Assembly: GCA_963755715.1 (NCBI GenBank)
Contig: CAVWLW010000033.1
Location: 160,001 to 224,000, forward strand
Length of the DNA: 64,000 nt
From: an uncultured delta proteobacterium
GTDB taxonomy: Bacteria > Desulfobacterota > Binatia > UBA9968
Reading direction: 5' to 3'
Shown here: positions 11,284 to 19,929 of the stretch, in pieces
Layout of the letters: every line of letters begins with the position of its first letter
Position numbering within the stretch: the stretch's first letter is position 1
Made by a program: the position numbers and the translations under genes
The notes under the pieces: generated by a model
Seen by the model: the letters and a program-made list of their open reading frames with translations, nothing else
Databases searched by the model: none
What the model was told of the DNA's origin: nothing

Positions 11284-11329
11284 CTTACAATCAACCAATT
11301 TCATCGGTCGAATCCGGGAGGTGTGACGC

Positions 11330-12344
11330 ATGCGATTTGGTATCGAGTTCGGCAGTTATCCGGCGGACTTGGATCCTGTGGAGGTGTGTGAGCAGGTGAC
11401 GTTGCGGGCAGAGGCCGCCTACAAAAACAACTTCGAGGGATTGTTCTCCGCGCAGCATTATCTCACCGGGCCGGATGCGGCGATCTTACAGTCGATTCCT
11501 TTGCTTTCGTATTTAGCCGGGCGGGTGCCGGGGATGTATCTCGGCACATCGATCTTTCTTTTGCCTCTGCACAATCCTTTGATGGTCGCCGAATATGTCT
11601 CGACCTTGGACAATCTCTCCGGCGGCAAAGTGCTCTTCGGCGTCGGCCAGGGTTACCGAGAGAGCGAGTTCAAGTCCTTCGGCATCGATAAACGGGAGCG
11701 CCGCGGGCCGATTGGTCGAAGGGCTCGAGGTGATTCGCAGACTCTGGACCGAAGATGCCGTCACGTTTCATGGAAAATATTTCCATCTGGAGAAAGCGAC
11801 CTGCCTGCCGAGGCCGCGGCAGCGGCCGCGACCGCCGATTTTACTGGGCGCCGACTCGGTCAATACCGTGGCGAGAGTGCCGGAGGTCGCCGATCACTGG
11901 ATCGCCAGCCGGCGGCATTCGAAAACTTTTTTGCGCGAAGCCCTGCCGGCATATAAGGCGGCTTTGGAAAAGCAGGGAAGATCATTCAAAGGTTTGTTCA
12001 TTTTTCGCGATCTTTGCATCGCCGATACGACCCGCGAAGCAGAAGCGCGCATCAAGGAAGGCTATGAGCGGCGTTATCGACGTTACCAGCAATGGGGCCA
12101 GCCGGGCGAGCGTTACGATCTCGCTTTCGATGAGCTGAAGCGCGACCGTCTCATCATCGGCAGCCCCGCCGAAGTGGTCGAGCAGGTGATGTCCTACCAC
12201 GAAGAATTTTCCACTGAGGTGATGTGGTTTATGGTCGATTGGCCGGGAATGGATCCGCGCCTGACTTTGGAAACCATCGAGCGCTTTGGCGCCGAAGTGA
12301 TCCCGCAGATCAAACGCCTGCTACCGGAGAATCCGCTTCCGTAA
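11330..12344 (+). CDS. LLM-class flavin-dependent oxidoreductase, +1 frameshift near 11706
   Basis: LPLHNPLMVAE, GVGQGYRESEF, then FHGKYF, RPPILLG, IIGSPAEVVE, IERFGAEVIP in the next frame. Confidence 0.85.
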
Positions 12345-12394
12345 GAACAGCACGCAAACAAAGGAGCAAATCGGTTGAAGTCGAGCGGCGAGAA

Positions 12395-13375
12395 TCAACG
12401 GTTTCTCTGCTGAAACGACAGATCCTTTTCTAACTCTTGTACCAGCGATGCATCGACGAAACTTGACGGGTTGGCGCCGGCGGCTTCGCTGCCTAAACCT
12501 TTGAGCAATCCTTTGACGCCTTCGAGATCGACGCTGATAGATTTCTGTAGGTGGTTCTGTCCGTAGCTGCGATAGACTTCCGCGAGGATTTCCGGGTCAT
12601 CGACGCGGACGTACTTTGCGAGAATTTTTAACGCCGAATTCTTATCATTGCGCGTTTCTTGCACTGCCTCGTAATAGGCGCGCAGGATGCGCAGGACGGT
12701 GTCGCGGTTGCTTTTGATAAAGGCCCGGCGCGTACTGAGCGGCGAATTGACGTAGGGGATTCCATAGTCGGCGGCGTCGACGAGCTCGCGCAGTCCCATC
12801 TTGATGCCCCTTAAATTACTGGGCGCAGAAATCATGCCGCCATCGACGAATCCTTTTGCGACCGAGATCAACAGCTCAGGCATGCCGCCACGGATGCCTA
12901 GAATGGTTACGTCCTTGTTGCGCTGAAGTCCCCAGCGTTCCAGCAGCAAACTGAGAACGAGGTCAGGAGAGTCGCCCAAATTGGTGACGCCGATCTTTTT
13001 GCCTTTGAGGTCTTCGGGTTTGCGAATCTCCGGTTTGGTCATCATCGAAAACACCGCGACGTTAATCGTGTTCGCGATGATCGCGAGATCGGCGCCGCGC
13101 AGCGTCGAGCGCACGACCGCGGGCGGCGAGGCGCGGACGAACTGCACTTCGCCGGCGAGCATGGCCTCGATGGCGACGCCGCGAATGTAGGTGACCTCGA
13201 CATCGACGCCGTGCTTCTCGAAGAGCTTTTTGTCTTTGGCGACCCACAGCGGCAGCATGGCGCCGCTGATCGAGCTGTAGGCGATGCGCAACGGCGCGGC
13301 GCCCGCCGCGCGGCCTGTGCAAACCAAGCTAGCCAGCGCGAGAGCGACAAGAAGGCGAGGCATGAATGCGATCAA
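12395..13375 (-). CDS. NMT1/SsuA-family ABC substrate-binding protein
   Basis: Signal peptide; PLWVAKDKKLFEKHGVDVE, DLKGKKIGV; start overlaps the upstream stop. Confidence 0.88.
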   Translation of the reverse strand: MIAFMPRLLVALALASLVCTGRAAGAAPLRIAYSSISGAMLPLWVAKDKKLFEKHGVDVEVTYIRGVAIEAMLAGEVQFVRASPPAVVRSTLRGADLAIIANTINVAVFSMMTKPEIRKPEDLKGKKIGVTNLGDSPDLVLSLLLERWGLQRNKDVTILGIRGGMPELLISVAKGFVDGGMISAPSNLRGIKMGLRELVDAADYGIPYVNSPLSTRRAFIKSNRDTVLRILRAYYEAVQETRNDKNSALKILAKYVRVDDPEILAEVYRSYGQNHLQKSISVDLEGVKGLLKGLGSEAAGANPSSFVDASLVQELEKDLSFQQRNR

Positions 13376-14148
13376 GTCGGAAAGGAAGCTTCGCCCGCGG
13401 GGTCGGCCCGACCGGCGGTGCCGTCGGCCTTTAGTCCCTGGACGACATAGGCCATGTAGATGCAGTCGGCCATGACGCGACGCATGTTGTTTTTCATCAG
13501 CTGCGCGTTGATGCAGGCTTCTTGCAGCTCTTTGGTGTCGGCGTATTTTTTTAGAATCTCTTTTCGGATCAAGCCATGCTCGACATCGACGTCGGCGTGG
13601 AGCTTGTAAAACGTCAAGGCGTCATCGGGAACCCATTTATAATGCTTGCGGAACGTATCGAGGTCGCGCGTCATGGCTTTCGCCGTATCATCGCCTTCGG
13701 AAACGGCGACGCCGAGGAGCCATGAAGTTTTAAATGCGGCGTTGGCGAAGCTATCGACGGCGAATTTAACGCCGTAGAGCGGTTCGGAATTCTTCACGAG
13801 CTCGCGGTCCATGCCCATGCCGACGCAGACATCGAGCCAATATTCCGGATGCGGCTTGTGGGTCCCGCCGATCAGATCTTCGCCTTCTTCTTCGATCGCC
13901 TTGGGCAGCCACATGCGGCGCACGTCGACGTGCGGGCAGTTGTAAAGAATCGAATACTCTTTGATCGGCACCTGTTTGGTAAAGTAGTAGCGCTCCTTGC
14001 CCCAGCCTTGCAGTTGTTCCTGAGTGCATTTGCCTTCGCGAAAAATCGCTTCCCAGGGATGGGGTGGGCGTTGGTGATCTTGCCGGTTCGCCTCGTAAAA
14101 GGTCTTGATGAATTCATCGGGGCCGAGTTTTTGGTCCAGCGTGAACAT
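13372..14148 (-). CDS. PqqC/TenA/CADD-like heme-oxygenase-fold diiron oxidase
   Basis: ERYYFTKQVPIKE..ILYNCP...RRMW resembles PqqC; EEEG, HPEYW, SEG, LHADVDVEHG resemble CADD-type ligands. Confidence 0.75.
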   Translation of the reverse strand: MFTLDQKLGPDEFIKTFYEANRQDHQRPPHPWEAIFREGKCTQEQLQGWGKERYYFTKQVPIKEYSILYNCPHVDVRRMWLPKAIEEEGEDLIGGTHKPHPEYWLDVCVGMGMDRELVKNSEPLYGVKFAVDSFANAAFKTSWLLGVAVSEGDDTAKAMTRDLDTFRKHYKWVPDDALTFYKLHADVDVEHGLIRKEILKKYADTKELQEACINAQLMKNNMRRVMADCIYMAYVVQGLKADGTAGRADPAGEASFPT

Positions 14149-14178
14149 AAACGTGATTCCTTTCGATGATGTAACGAT

Positions 14179-14203
14179 GCAGGGGCGCGGTAGGCCGCGC
14201 CCC
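14179..14203. repeat. REP-like palindrome, second copy of the 10825 family
   Basis: GCAGGGGCGCGG-TAGG-CCGCGCCCC between two co-oriented genes. Confidence 0.5.
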
Positions 14204-14222
14204 GTGGGTGATAGCGCTGAGG

Positions 14223-15236
14223 TTACGCTTGCGCGTCTTCGCGATAGTGGCCGATGGCGTCCATCAGGGGTTTATCGGTCATCACGAAGAAGATTGCCGG
14301 ATCTTTGGAGGTGTTCTCGTGGCGATGGAAATTCCATAGAGGCACGACGAAGGAGTCGCCCTGTTCCCATTCGTAGCGCTTGTCGCCGACGTAGCTGACG
14401 CCGCTGCCGCGCCATACATGATAGATGACCGAACTGGTATGGCGGTGGCTCTTGGTTTTTTCCCCGGCGCGGAGCATGTGAATCTGGCACTCCATGGTCG
14501 GCAACGTCGGTCCTCCGGTCATCGGGTTGGCATAGTCCAACACAATGCCGTCGTAAGGATCGCCCGGTTGCTCGCCGACTTTGTTCAAGGCGCTTTCCGT
14601 ATCGGCCCATTTGTAACAGAAGGCCGGCGGTTGGATCGAGTTCGGTTTCATCCACGCCGGTCGCAGCGCGCCGACGGTGGCGAGCGTGTAACCTTCCGGC
14701 TTGGTCACCGGTTGTTTCTTGCGCGGATCGGGCTCGTGAAAATCGGTTTCTAACAATCTGACCAGCGGCGCGTCGAGGCCGTCGAGCCACATCATGCTCT
14801 CACCGTGGTTTTCGTGATCGTGCCAGGTCCAGCTGGGCGTGGTGACAAAGTCGCCTTCGCCGATCTCGAAGGATTCGCCCTCGACGATCAGCCGCGTGCC
14901 GTGGCCTTTCAAGATGAAACGGATCGCGCCGGCCATGTGGCGGTGGGACAGGGCGTTTTCACCGGGCTTGAGCAGTTGCAGATTGAGCACCAGCGTACGC
15001 GATGTGCCGTTCTTGAGCGCCGGGTTCCACAGCTGAATGACGCGGCGAAACGAGACATCCAGGCCGACAACGTCGCCGGCTTTTTCCATGGCGGCAAAAA
15101 GATCTTTGCCTTTCCAAAAGCAAGCGTCGAAAGACGGCACCGGCTCACGATTGACATCCCCCTGTTGGTTTTGCCAGTAGCCTTTGAAATTTTTGCTTTG
15201 CAATTCTTCTTCGAAGGCTTTGAGTGCTTCAGACAT
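14223..15236 (-). CDS. Gentisate 1,2-dioxygenase-family bicupin ring-cleaving dioxygenase
   Basis: QLLKPGE..SHRH, TPSWTWHDH, WLDGLDAP, NPMTGGPTLPTM, HRHTSS. Confidence 0.88.
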   Translation of the reverse strand: MSEALKAFEEELQSKNFKGYWQNQQGDVNREPVPSFDACFWKGKDLFAAMEKAGDVVGLDVSFRRVIQLWNPALKNGTSRTLVLNLQLLKPGENALSHRHMAGAIRFILKGHGTRLIVEGESFEIGEGDFVTTPSWTWHDHENHGESMMWLDGLDAPLVRLLETDFHEPDPRKKQPVTKPEGYTLATVGALRPAWMKPNSIQPPAFCYKWADTESALNKVGEQPGDPYDGIVLDYANPMTGGPTLPTMECQIHMLRAGEKTKSHRHTSSVIYHVWRGSGVSYVGDKRYEWEQGDSFVVPLWNFHRHENTSKDPAIFFVMTDKPLMDAIGHYREDAQA

Positions 15237-15391
15237 CGGTCTACCTCCGTGCTCTATTTAAACCTTTTTTATCTCGATTCGCACTGGGGTTGCAAGGCAA
15301 GAAAAAACTAGCAACCCGCTGCGTTTGCTCTGCGGTATTCTCTGTAAAACAGCGATAGCGGGGACGTCGTGACGAGGGCGCAGCGTTTCGC

Positions 15392-16795
15392 TTACTCGAT
15401 CACCTTGACGGTGATCATGTTGGTCGTGCCGGCCTGATGCAACGGCAGGCCGGCGGTGATCGCGACTAAGTCGCCGCGTTTGACCAGGCCGGATTCGAGC
15501 GCTTTCTGTTGCAGCATGCGGACCATCGCATCGGTGCTCTTAAAACCGCTCGTCGGGACCGGAAAAACGCCCCAGACCAAGCAAAGCTGTTTGACGGTTT
15601 GCGGTTCGGGGCTGACGGCGATGATCGGATAATGCGGCCGATAGCGGGCGATCAAGCGCGCCGTGCTGCCGGAAGTGGTCGGGATTAAAAATGCTTTGAC
15701 TTGCAAGTCGCGCGCTAATGAAATGGCGCCCAGGCTGATCGCTTCCGGGATCGTCTTTTCGAGCCCGACGAAACGTTGGCGCGGCTCCAAAATCGTTTCG
15801 GTTTCCTCGGCGACTTGCGCCATGGTTTTAACCGCGTCCAGAGGATAATCGCCGGCGGCGGTTTCCTCGGACAGCATCAAGGCATCGGTGCCGTCCAGAA
15901 TCGCGTTGGCGATGTCGGTTACTTCGGCTCGCGTCGGCCGCGGGTTCCACACCATCGAGCGCAGCATCTGCGTCGCCGTAATGACGGGTTTGCCCAGACG
16001 ATTGGCCTTGGCGATGATCATTTTCTGCACGGCGGGAATTTTCTCCTGGGCGATTTCCAGGCCCAGGTCGCCGCGCGCGACCATGATACCGTCGACGGTC
16101 TCGAGGATGCCGTCGATGTGCTCCAGCGCTTCATGCTTTTCGATCTTGGCGATGAGCGGGACCGACGAGCGAAGTTTTTTGAGCTCACGGCGGGCATAAA
16201 GAATATCTTCCGCGTCGCGCACGAATGACAGCGCGATCATGTCGACATTCTGCGCGATGCCGAAAGCCATGTCTTGCTTATCGTGTCGGGTCAGGGCGCG
16301 GATGTTGAGACTTGTCTTGGGAAAATGAATGCCCTTGTGCGAGCCGAGAATGCCGCCGACCACAATGCGGCATTTGACCTCGTGATCGCGCACCTTGAGC
16401 GCTTCCAATTCGATCTCGCCGTCGCCGAGCAAGATCGGATCGCCACTATTGACCGCCGAGGTCAGGCCCGAAAAGTTGACCGAAACGGCGAGCTCAGAGC
16501 CCAGAATCTTGCGCGTCGTAAGAACGAAAGGACGCCGATTTTGCAGTCGCACGTGATCTCCGGCGACGGCGCCGATGCGGATTTTCGGTCCGGGCAGATC
16601 TTGCAAAATCGCCACGGGGCGCCGCAGCTTGCGCTCGAATTGGTGGATTTTCCTGATCACGCGGCGGTGCGATGGATAATCGCCATGGCTGAAGTTGAGC
16701 CGAGCGACGTTCATGCCGGCGCGAATCAAGCCTTCGAGGATTTTGTCGGGCGAAGAGGCGGGTCCGATGGTGCAGACAATTTTCGTGCGACGCAT
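15392..16795 (-). CDS. pyk: Pyruvate kinase
   Basis: RRTKIVCTIGPAS, ARLNFSHG, AKIE, MVARGDLG, ATQML, MLSEETA. Confidence 0.97.
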   Translation of the reverse strand: MRRTKIVCTIGPASSPDKILEGLIRAGMNVARLNFSHGDYPSHRRVIRKIHQFERKLRRPVAILQDLPGPKIRIGAVAGDHVRLQNRRPFVLTTRKILGSELAVSVNFSGLTSAVNSGDPILLGDGEIELEALKVRDHEVKCRIVVGGILGSHKGIHFPKTSLNIRALTRHDKQDMAFGIAQNVDMIALSFVRDAEDILYARRELKKLRSSVPLIAKIEKHEALEHIDGILETVDGIMVARGDLGLEIAQEKIPAVQKMIIAKANRLGKPVITATQMLRSMVWNPRPTRAEVTDIANAILDGTDALMLSEETAAGDYPLDAVKTMAQVAEETETILEPRQRFVGLEKTIPEAISLGAISLARDLQVKAFLIPTTSGSTARLIARYRPHYPIIAVSPEPQTVKQLCLVWGVFPVPTSGFKSTDAMVRMLQQKALESGLVKRGDLVAITAGLPLHQAGTTNMITVKVIE

Positions 16796-16839
16796 TTCGA
16801 TTAATGTACACGAGACCGTGGGAGAATCAACGAAGGGGA

Positions 16840-16905
16840 TTGGAGTGCTGGAGCGATGGAGTCATGGGTCGAGAAACCCAATACTCCAGTGCTCCATCAC
16901 TTCCA
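16840..16905. repeat. Imperfect palindrome of tandem 8-mers (TGGAGYNN)x3 and their complements
   Basis: TGGAGTGC TGGAGCGA TGGAGTCA TGGGT ... ACCCA ATACTCCA GTGCTCCA TCACTTCCA. Confidence 0.7.
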
Positions 16906-16915
16906 TTCGGCTCGA

Positions 16916-17812
16916 CTACAACCGCGCCCCCGTTCTTTTGAGCCGCGGATCGAGGATGTCGCGCAGAGCGTCGCCGAGCAAATTGATGCCCAAGACGGTG
17001 ACAAAGATGCAGAGGCCGGGGAAAAGCGGCAACCACCAGGCGGTGCTGATATAGATGCGCGCGTCGGCCAGCATGGTGCCCCAGGTGGGGATATCCGGCG
17101 GCACGCCGACGCCGAGAAAGCTCAAGCTCGCTTCGGCGATGATCGAAGACGCCATGGCGAAGGTGCCGATGACGAGCGAAGTTTGAATGAGATTCGGAAT
17201 AATATGGCGCGTGATGATTTGCCGGTTGCTCGCGCCCAGGCATTGCGCCGCCGTGACGAAATCGCGGCCGCGCAAGGAAAGAGTCTGGCCGCGCACGACC
17301 CGACAGTAGGGGATCCAGCGCTGCGCCACGAGCGCCAGAATCAGATTGAACAAGCCTTGGCCTAAAAATGCCATGATCGTTATGCCGAGTAGCAACGGCG
17401 GAAAAGCCCAGACGACTTCCACCAGCTTTTGAATCAGGAAATCGACTTTGCCGCCGAAATAGCCGGAGATCGCACCGAGCGTGATGCCGACAAAACCCGA
17501 AACGAAAACCACCGCAAAGGCGACCAGCAGCGACACACGGGAGCCATGAATCACGCGGCTGAGGATGTCGCGTCCGAGATTGTCGGTGCCGAGCACGTGC
17601 AGCGCGCCGATGCCCGCCGGCGCCTTCATCATCGCCGTGAGCTCCTGCTTATTCGGATCGTGCGGCGCTACGGCCGGCCCGATGATGCCCATTAAAATAA
17701 AAATTAAAACGATCGCGCCGCCGCTAAACGCTTTGACGTGCAAACGCGGCATCAGACGCGGCAGCGGGCGCGCATCTTTTTCAGTAGCGGATTCGAGGGT
17801 CAACGACTGCAT
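16916..17812 (-). CDS. dppC: Dipeptide/oligopeptide/nickel ABC permease (DppC-like)
   Basis: LGTDNLGRDILSR, EASLSFLG, NLLGDALRD.LDPR. Confidence 0.92.
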   Translation of the reverse strand: MQSLTLESATEKDARPLPRLMPRLHVKAFSGGAIVLIFILMGIIGPAVAPHDPNKQELTAMMKAPAGIGALHVLGTDNLGRDILSRVIHGSRVSLLVAFAVVFVSGFVGITLGAISGYFGGKVDFLIQKLVEVVWAFPPLLLGITIMAFLGQGLFNLILALVAQRWIPYCRVVRGQTLSLRGRDFVTAAQCLGASNRQIITRHIIPNLIQTSLVIGTFAMASSIIAEASLSFLGVGVPPDIPTWGTMLADARIYISTAWWLPLFPGLCIFVTVLGINLLGDALRDILDPRLKRTGARL

Positions 17813-18782
17813 AAAGTCCATCGATAATCAGATTGATCGCAACGAAGGCCAGCGTATAAGTCATGACGATACCCGTCACCAGCGGGTAGTCGCGCGCATT
17901 GAGCGCGGTGATGAGCAAGCTGCCGCTGCCCGGCCAGGCGAAAACGGTCTCGACGATGATCGAACCGCTGAGCAGCGTGCCGAGCTCGAGGCCGACGACC
18001 GTGATCACCGGAATGAGCGCGTTGCTCGTCACGTGGCGCCACACGACGTTTTTCTCGCGCAGTCCTTTGGCTCGCGCGGTTTGAATATAATCTTCGTTCA
18101 GGACTTCTAAAATGGACGAGCGTGTGACCCGCATCAAAATGCCGAGCATGTTCACGCCGAGCGCCAGCGCCGGCAGAAAGATATGGGTCAACGCGTCCCA
18201 AACCGCCGGCCAATTTTTCTGCAGGATGCTGTCAAAAATATAAAATCCGGTCTGTTCCGGTCCGGCGATGCCATAGGTGCTGCGGCCCGAAGTCGGCAGC
18301 AGATTCAAAACGCCGGCGAGCAAGAGAATCAACATGATCGCCAGCCAGAAACTCGGCATGCTGATGCCGAAGAGGCCGAACGTAGTGCCGACATTGTCGA
18401 TCCAGGAATTGGGCCTGGAGCCGGACCACACGCCAAGCGGGATCGCCAAGAGCGTTGCGATAAGAATTGCAAAGAACGCCAGCTCGATGGTCGCCGGCAG
18501 GCGCGTTTTGATGACGTTGATCACCGGTTCGGCATATTTGAACGACTTGCCAAAATCGCCGGCAGCGGCGGACTTAAGAAATTTTAAATATTGGACGTAA
18601 AGCGGCTGATCCAAGCCCCAGCGCTCTTTCGCTCGCGCGACTTCCGCGGCGTTGGTTTCCTCGCCGAGGAGAAGGAGCGTCGGATCGCCGGGCGCGGCGT
18701 GGATCAGCAGAAAAACCAGCAAGCTGATGAGCAAGAGAACCGGCACCGTGCCGGCGAGGCGATGAAATAAATAGCCGGCCAT
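17781..18782 (-). CDS. dppB: Dipeptide/oligopeptide/nickel ABC permease (DppB-like)
   Basis: APGDP, GDFGKS, TARAKGL, VETVFAWPG, RDYP, DPRIRY. Confidence 0.92.
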   Translation of the reverse strand: MAGYLFHRLAGTVPVLLLISLLVFLLIHAAPGDPTLLLLGEETNAAEVARAKERWGLDQPLYVQYLKFLKSAAAGDFGKSFKYAEPVINVIKTRLPATIELAFFAILIATLLAIPLGVWSGSRPNSWIDNVGTTFGLFGISMPSFWLAIMLILLLAGVLNLLPTSGRSTYGIAGPEQTGFYIFDSILQKNWPAVWDALTHIFLPALALGVNMLGILMRVTRSSILEVLNEDYIQTARAKGLREKNVVWRHVTSNALIPVITVVGLELGTLLSGSIIVETVFAWPGSGSLLITALNARDYPLVTGIVMTYTLAFVAINLIIDGLYAVVDPRIRY

Positions 18783-18836
18783 TTCAGCGGCCATCCCTCA
18801 TGTTTGGCAAGCTCGCCTCATTCCACCTTCGGCAGG

Positions 18837-19712
18837 TCACACGATGCGTTGGATAAAGCCACGCAGCATGTCGTTAAACTCGACCGGGTGTTCGCGATAG
18901 GAGAAATGGCCGGCGCGGTTGAAGATGTACATGCGCGCATCCGGCGTCGCGCGCGCGATCAGATCAAAGAGCGCGTGACCTTGTTCGATGGTGGCGGTGG
19001 GATCGTTGTAAGACCAGGCGAGCAACGTCGGCGTGCCAAGCCCGCGGTCGCGGATAAGCCCGAGCGTTTCGTCTTTTTGCCGCGCCAGGTGCGGCAGAAA
19101 GCAAGTTGTCCGCAGGCCGACTTCCTCCATTTTTTTTACCGCTTCCTGATACTTCGGCAACGCCGCGATGTTCATCATGACATCCAACCACTCTTCGCTA
19201 ATATGTTCAAAGCCGTAGGAGTATTTCTGCAACACCCAGCGTTGGCTCTCGCGGCTGAGGCGCGGCTTTGGTGGATTAGCCATGACCGTTTCGTTCTTGC
19301 TGATGCCCGGCGCGAGGGTGTTGGTGTCGACTAAAATGCAGGAATCGAACAGCTCGGGATGTTCCAGCGTCAGACGGGCGACCAGATAGGCGCCGCGCGA
19401 GTGGCCGACCGGATGGACATGACGCAAGCCCAGCGCTTTCAAAAAACCGTACGCGTGCTGCACCACGGTCGCCATCGTGTAGTCTTCGTCGCGCTTGGGA
19501 TTGTCGGTGTAGCCTTGGCCGATCTTGTCGACGGCGTAAACGTGAAACCATTGCGCCAAGCCGTCGAAGTTGAGGTTCCAGTCCTCGGCGCAGTCGGCGG
19601 CGTCATGAGAACCGAAGTGGCCGCCGTGAAAAAGCACGACGATCGGGCCGGCGCCCTTTTCGAAATAGCGGGTGCGGATACCGTTAACGTCGATAAATTT
19701 TTCATCGATCAT
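18837..19712 (-). CDS. Alpha/beta hydrolase (meta-cleavage-product hydrolase-like)
   Basis: FHGG oxyanion motif, GHSRG nucleophile elbow, AGH catalytic His. Confidence 0.85.
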   Translation of the reverse strand: MIDEKFIDVNGIRTRYFEKGAGPIVVLFHGGHFGSHDAADCAEDWNLNFDGLAQWFHVYAVDKIGQGYTDNPKRDEDYTMATVVQHAYGFLKALGLRHVHPVGHSRGAYLVARLTLEHPELFDSCILVDTNTLAPGISKNETVMANPPKPRLSRESQRWVLQKYSYGFEHISEEWLDVMMNIAALPKYQEAVKKMEEVGLRTTCFLPHLARQKDETLGLIRDRGLGTPTLLAWSYNDPTATIEQGHALFDLIARATPDARMYIFNRAGHFSYREHPVEFNDMLRGFIQRIV

Positions 19713-19843
19713 CGTCGCATCTCCGGAGCATCAGCGTCTTGCCGCTCGGACGCTGGTTCGAGCGCGGTAAGAGATTCCTGTTTCGACGGCGGAGGGCTTC
19801 TTTGATGTCTTTCGCTCGGTAAACCGTGAAAAACGCTATGGAG

Positions 19844-19910
19844 CCCTTCGACCAGGCTCAGGGCGAACGGATAAGTACCTTCACTTTTTTTGAAACCGCA
19901 CCGTTCGTAG
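19844..19910. repeat. REP-like intergenic element
   Basis: CCCTTCGACCAGGCTCAGGGCGAACGG, with a complementary CCGTTCG ~30 nt downstream. Confidence 0.5.
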
Positions 19911-19929
19911 CTGCAGTTTTTTTCAGCCG

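Noticed and set aside
13372-14148. PQQ biosynthesis locus
   Set aside because: No pqqA/B/D/E nearby, and the protein has CADD-type metal ligands
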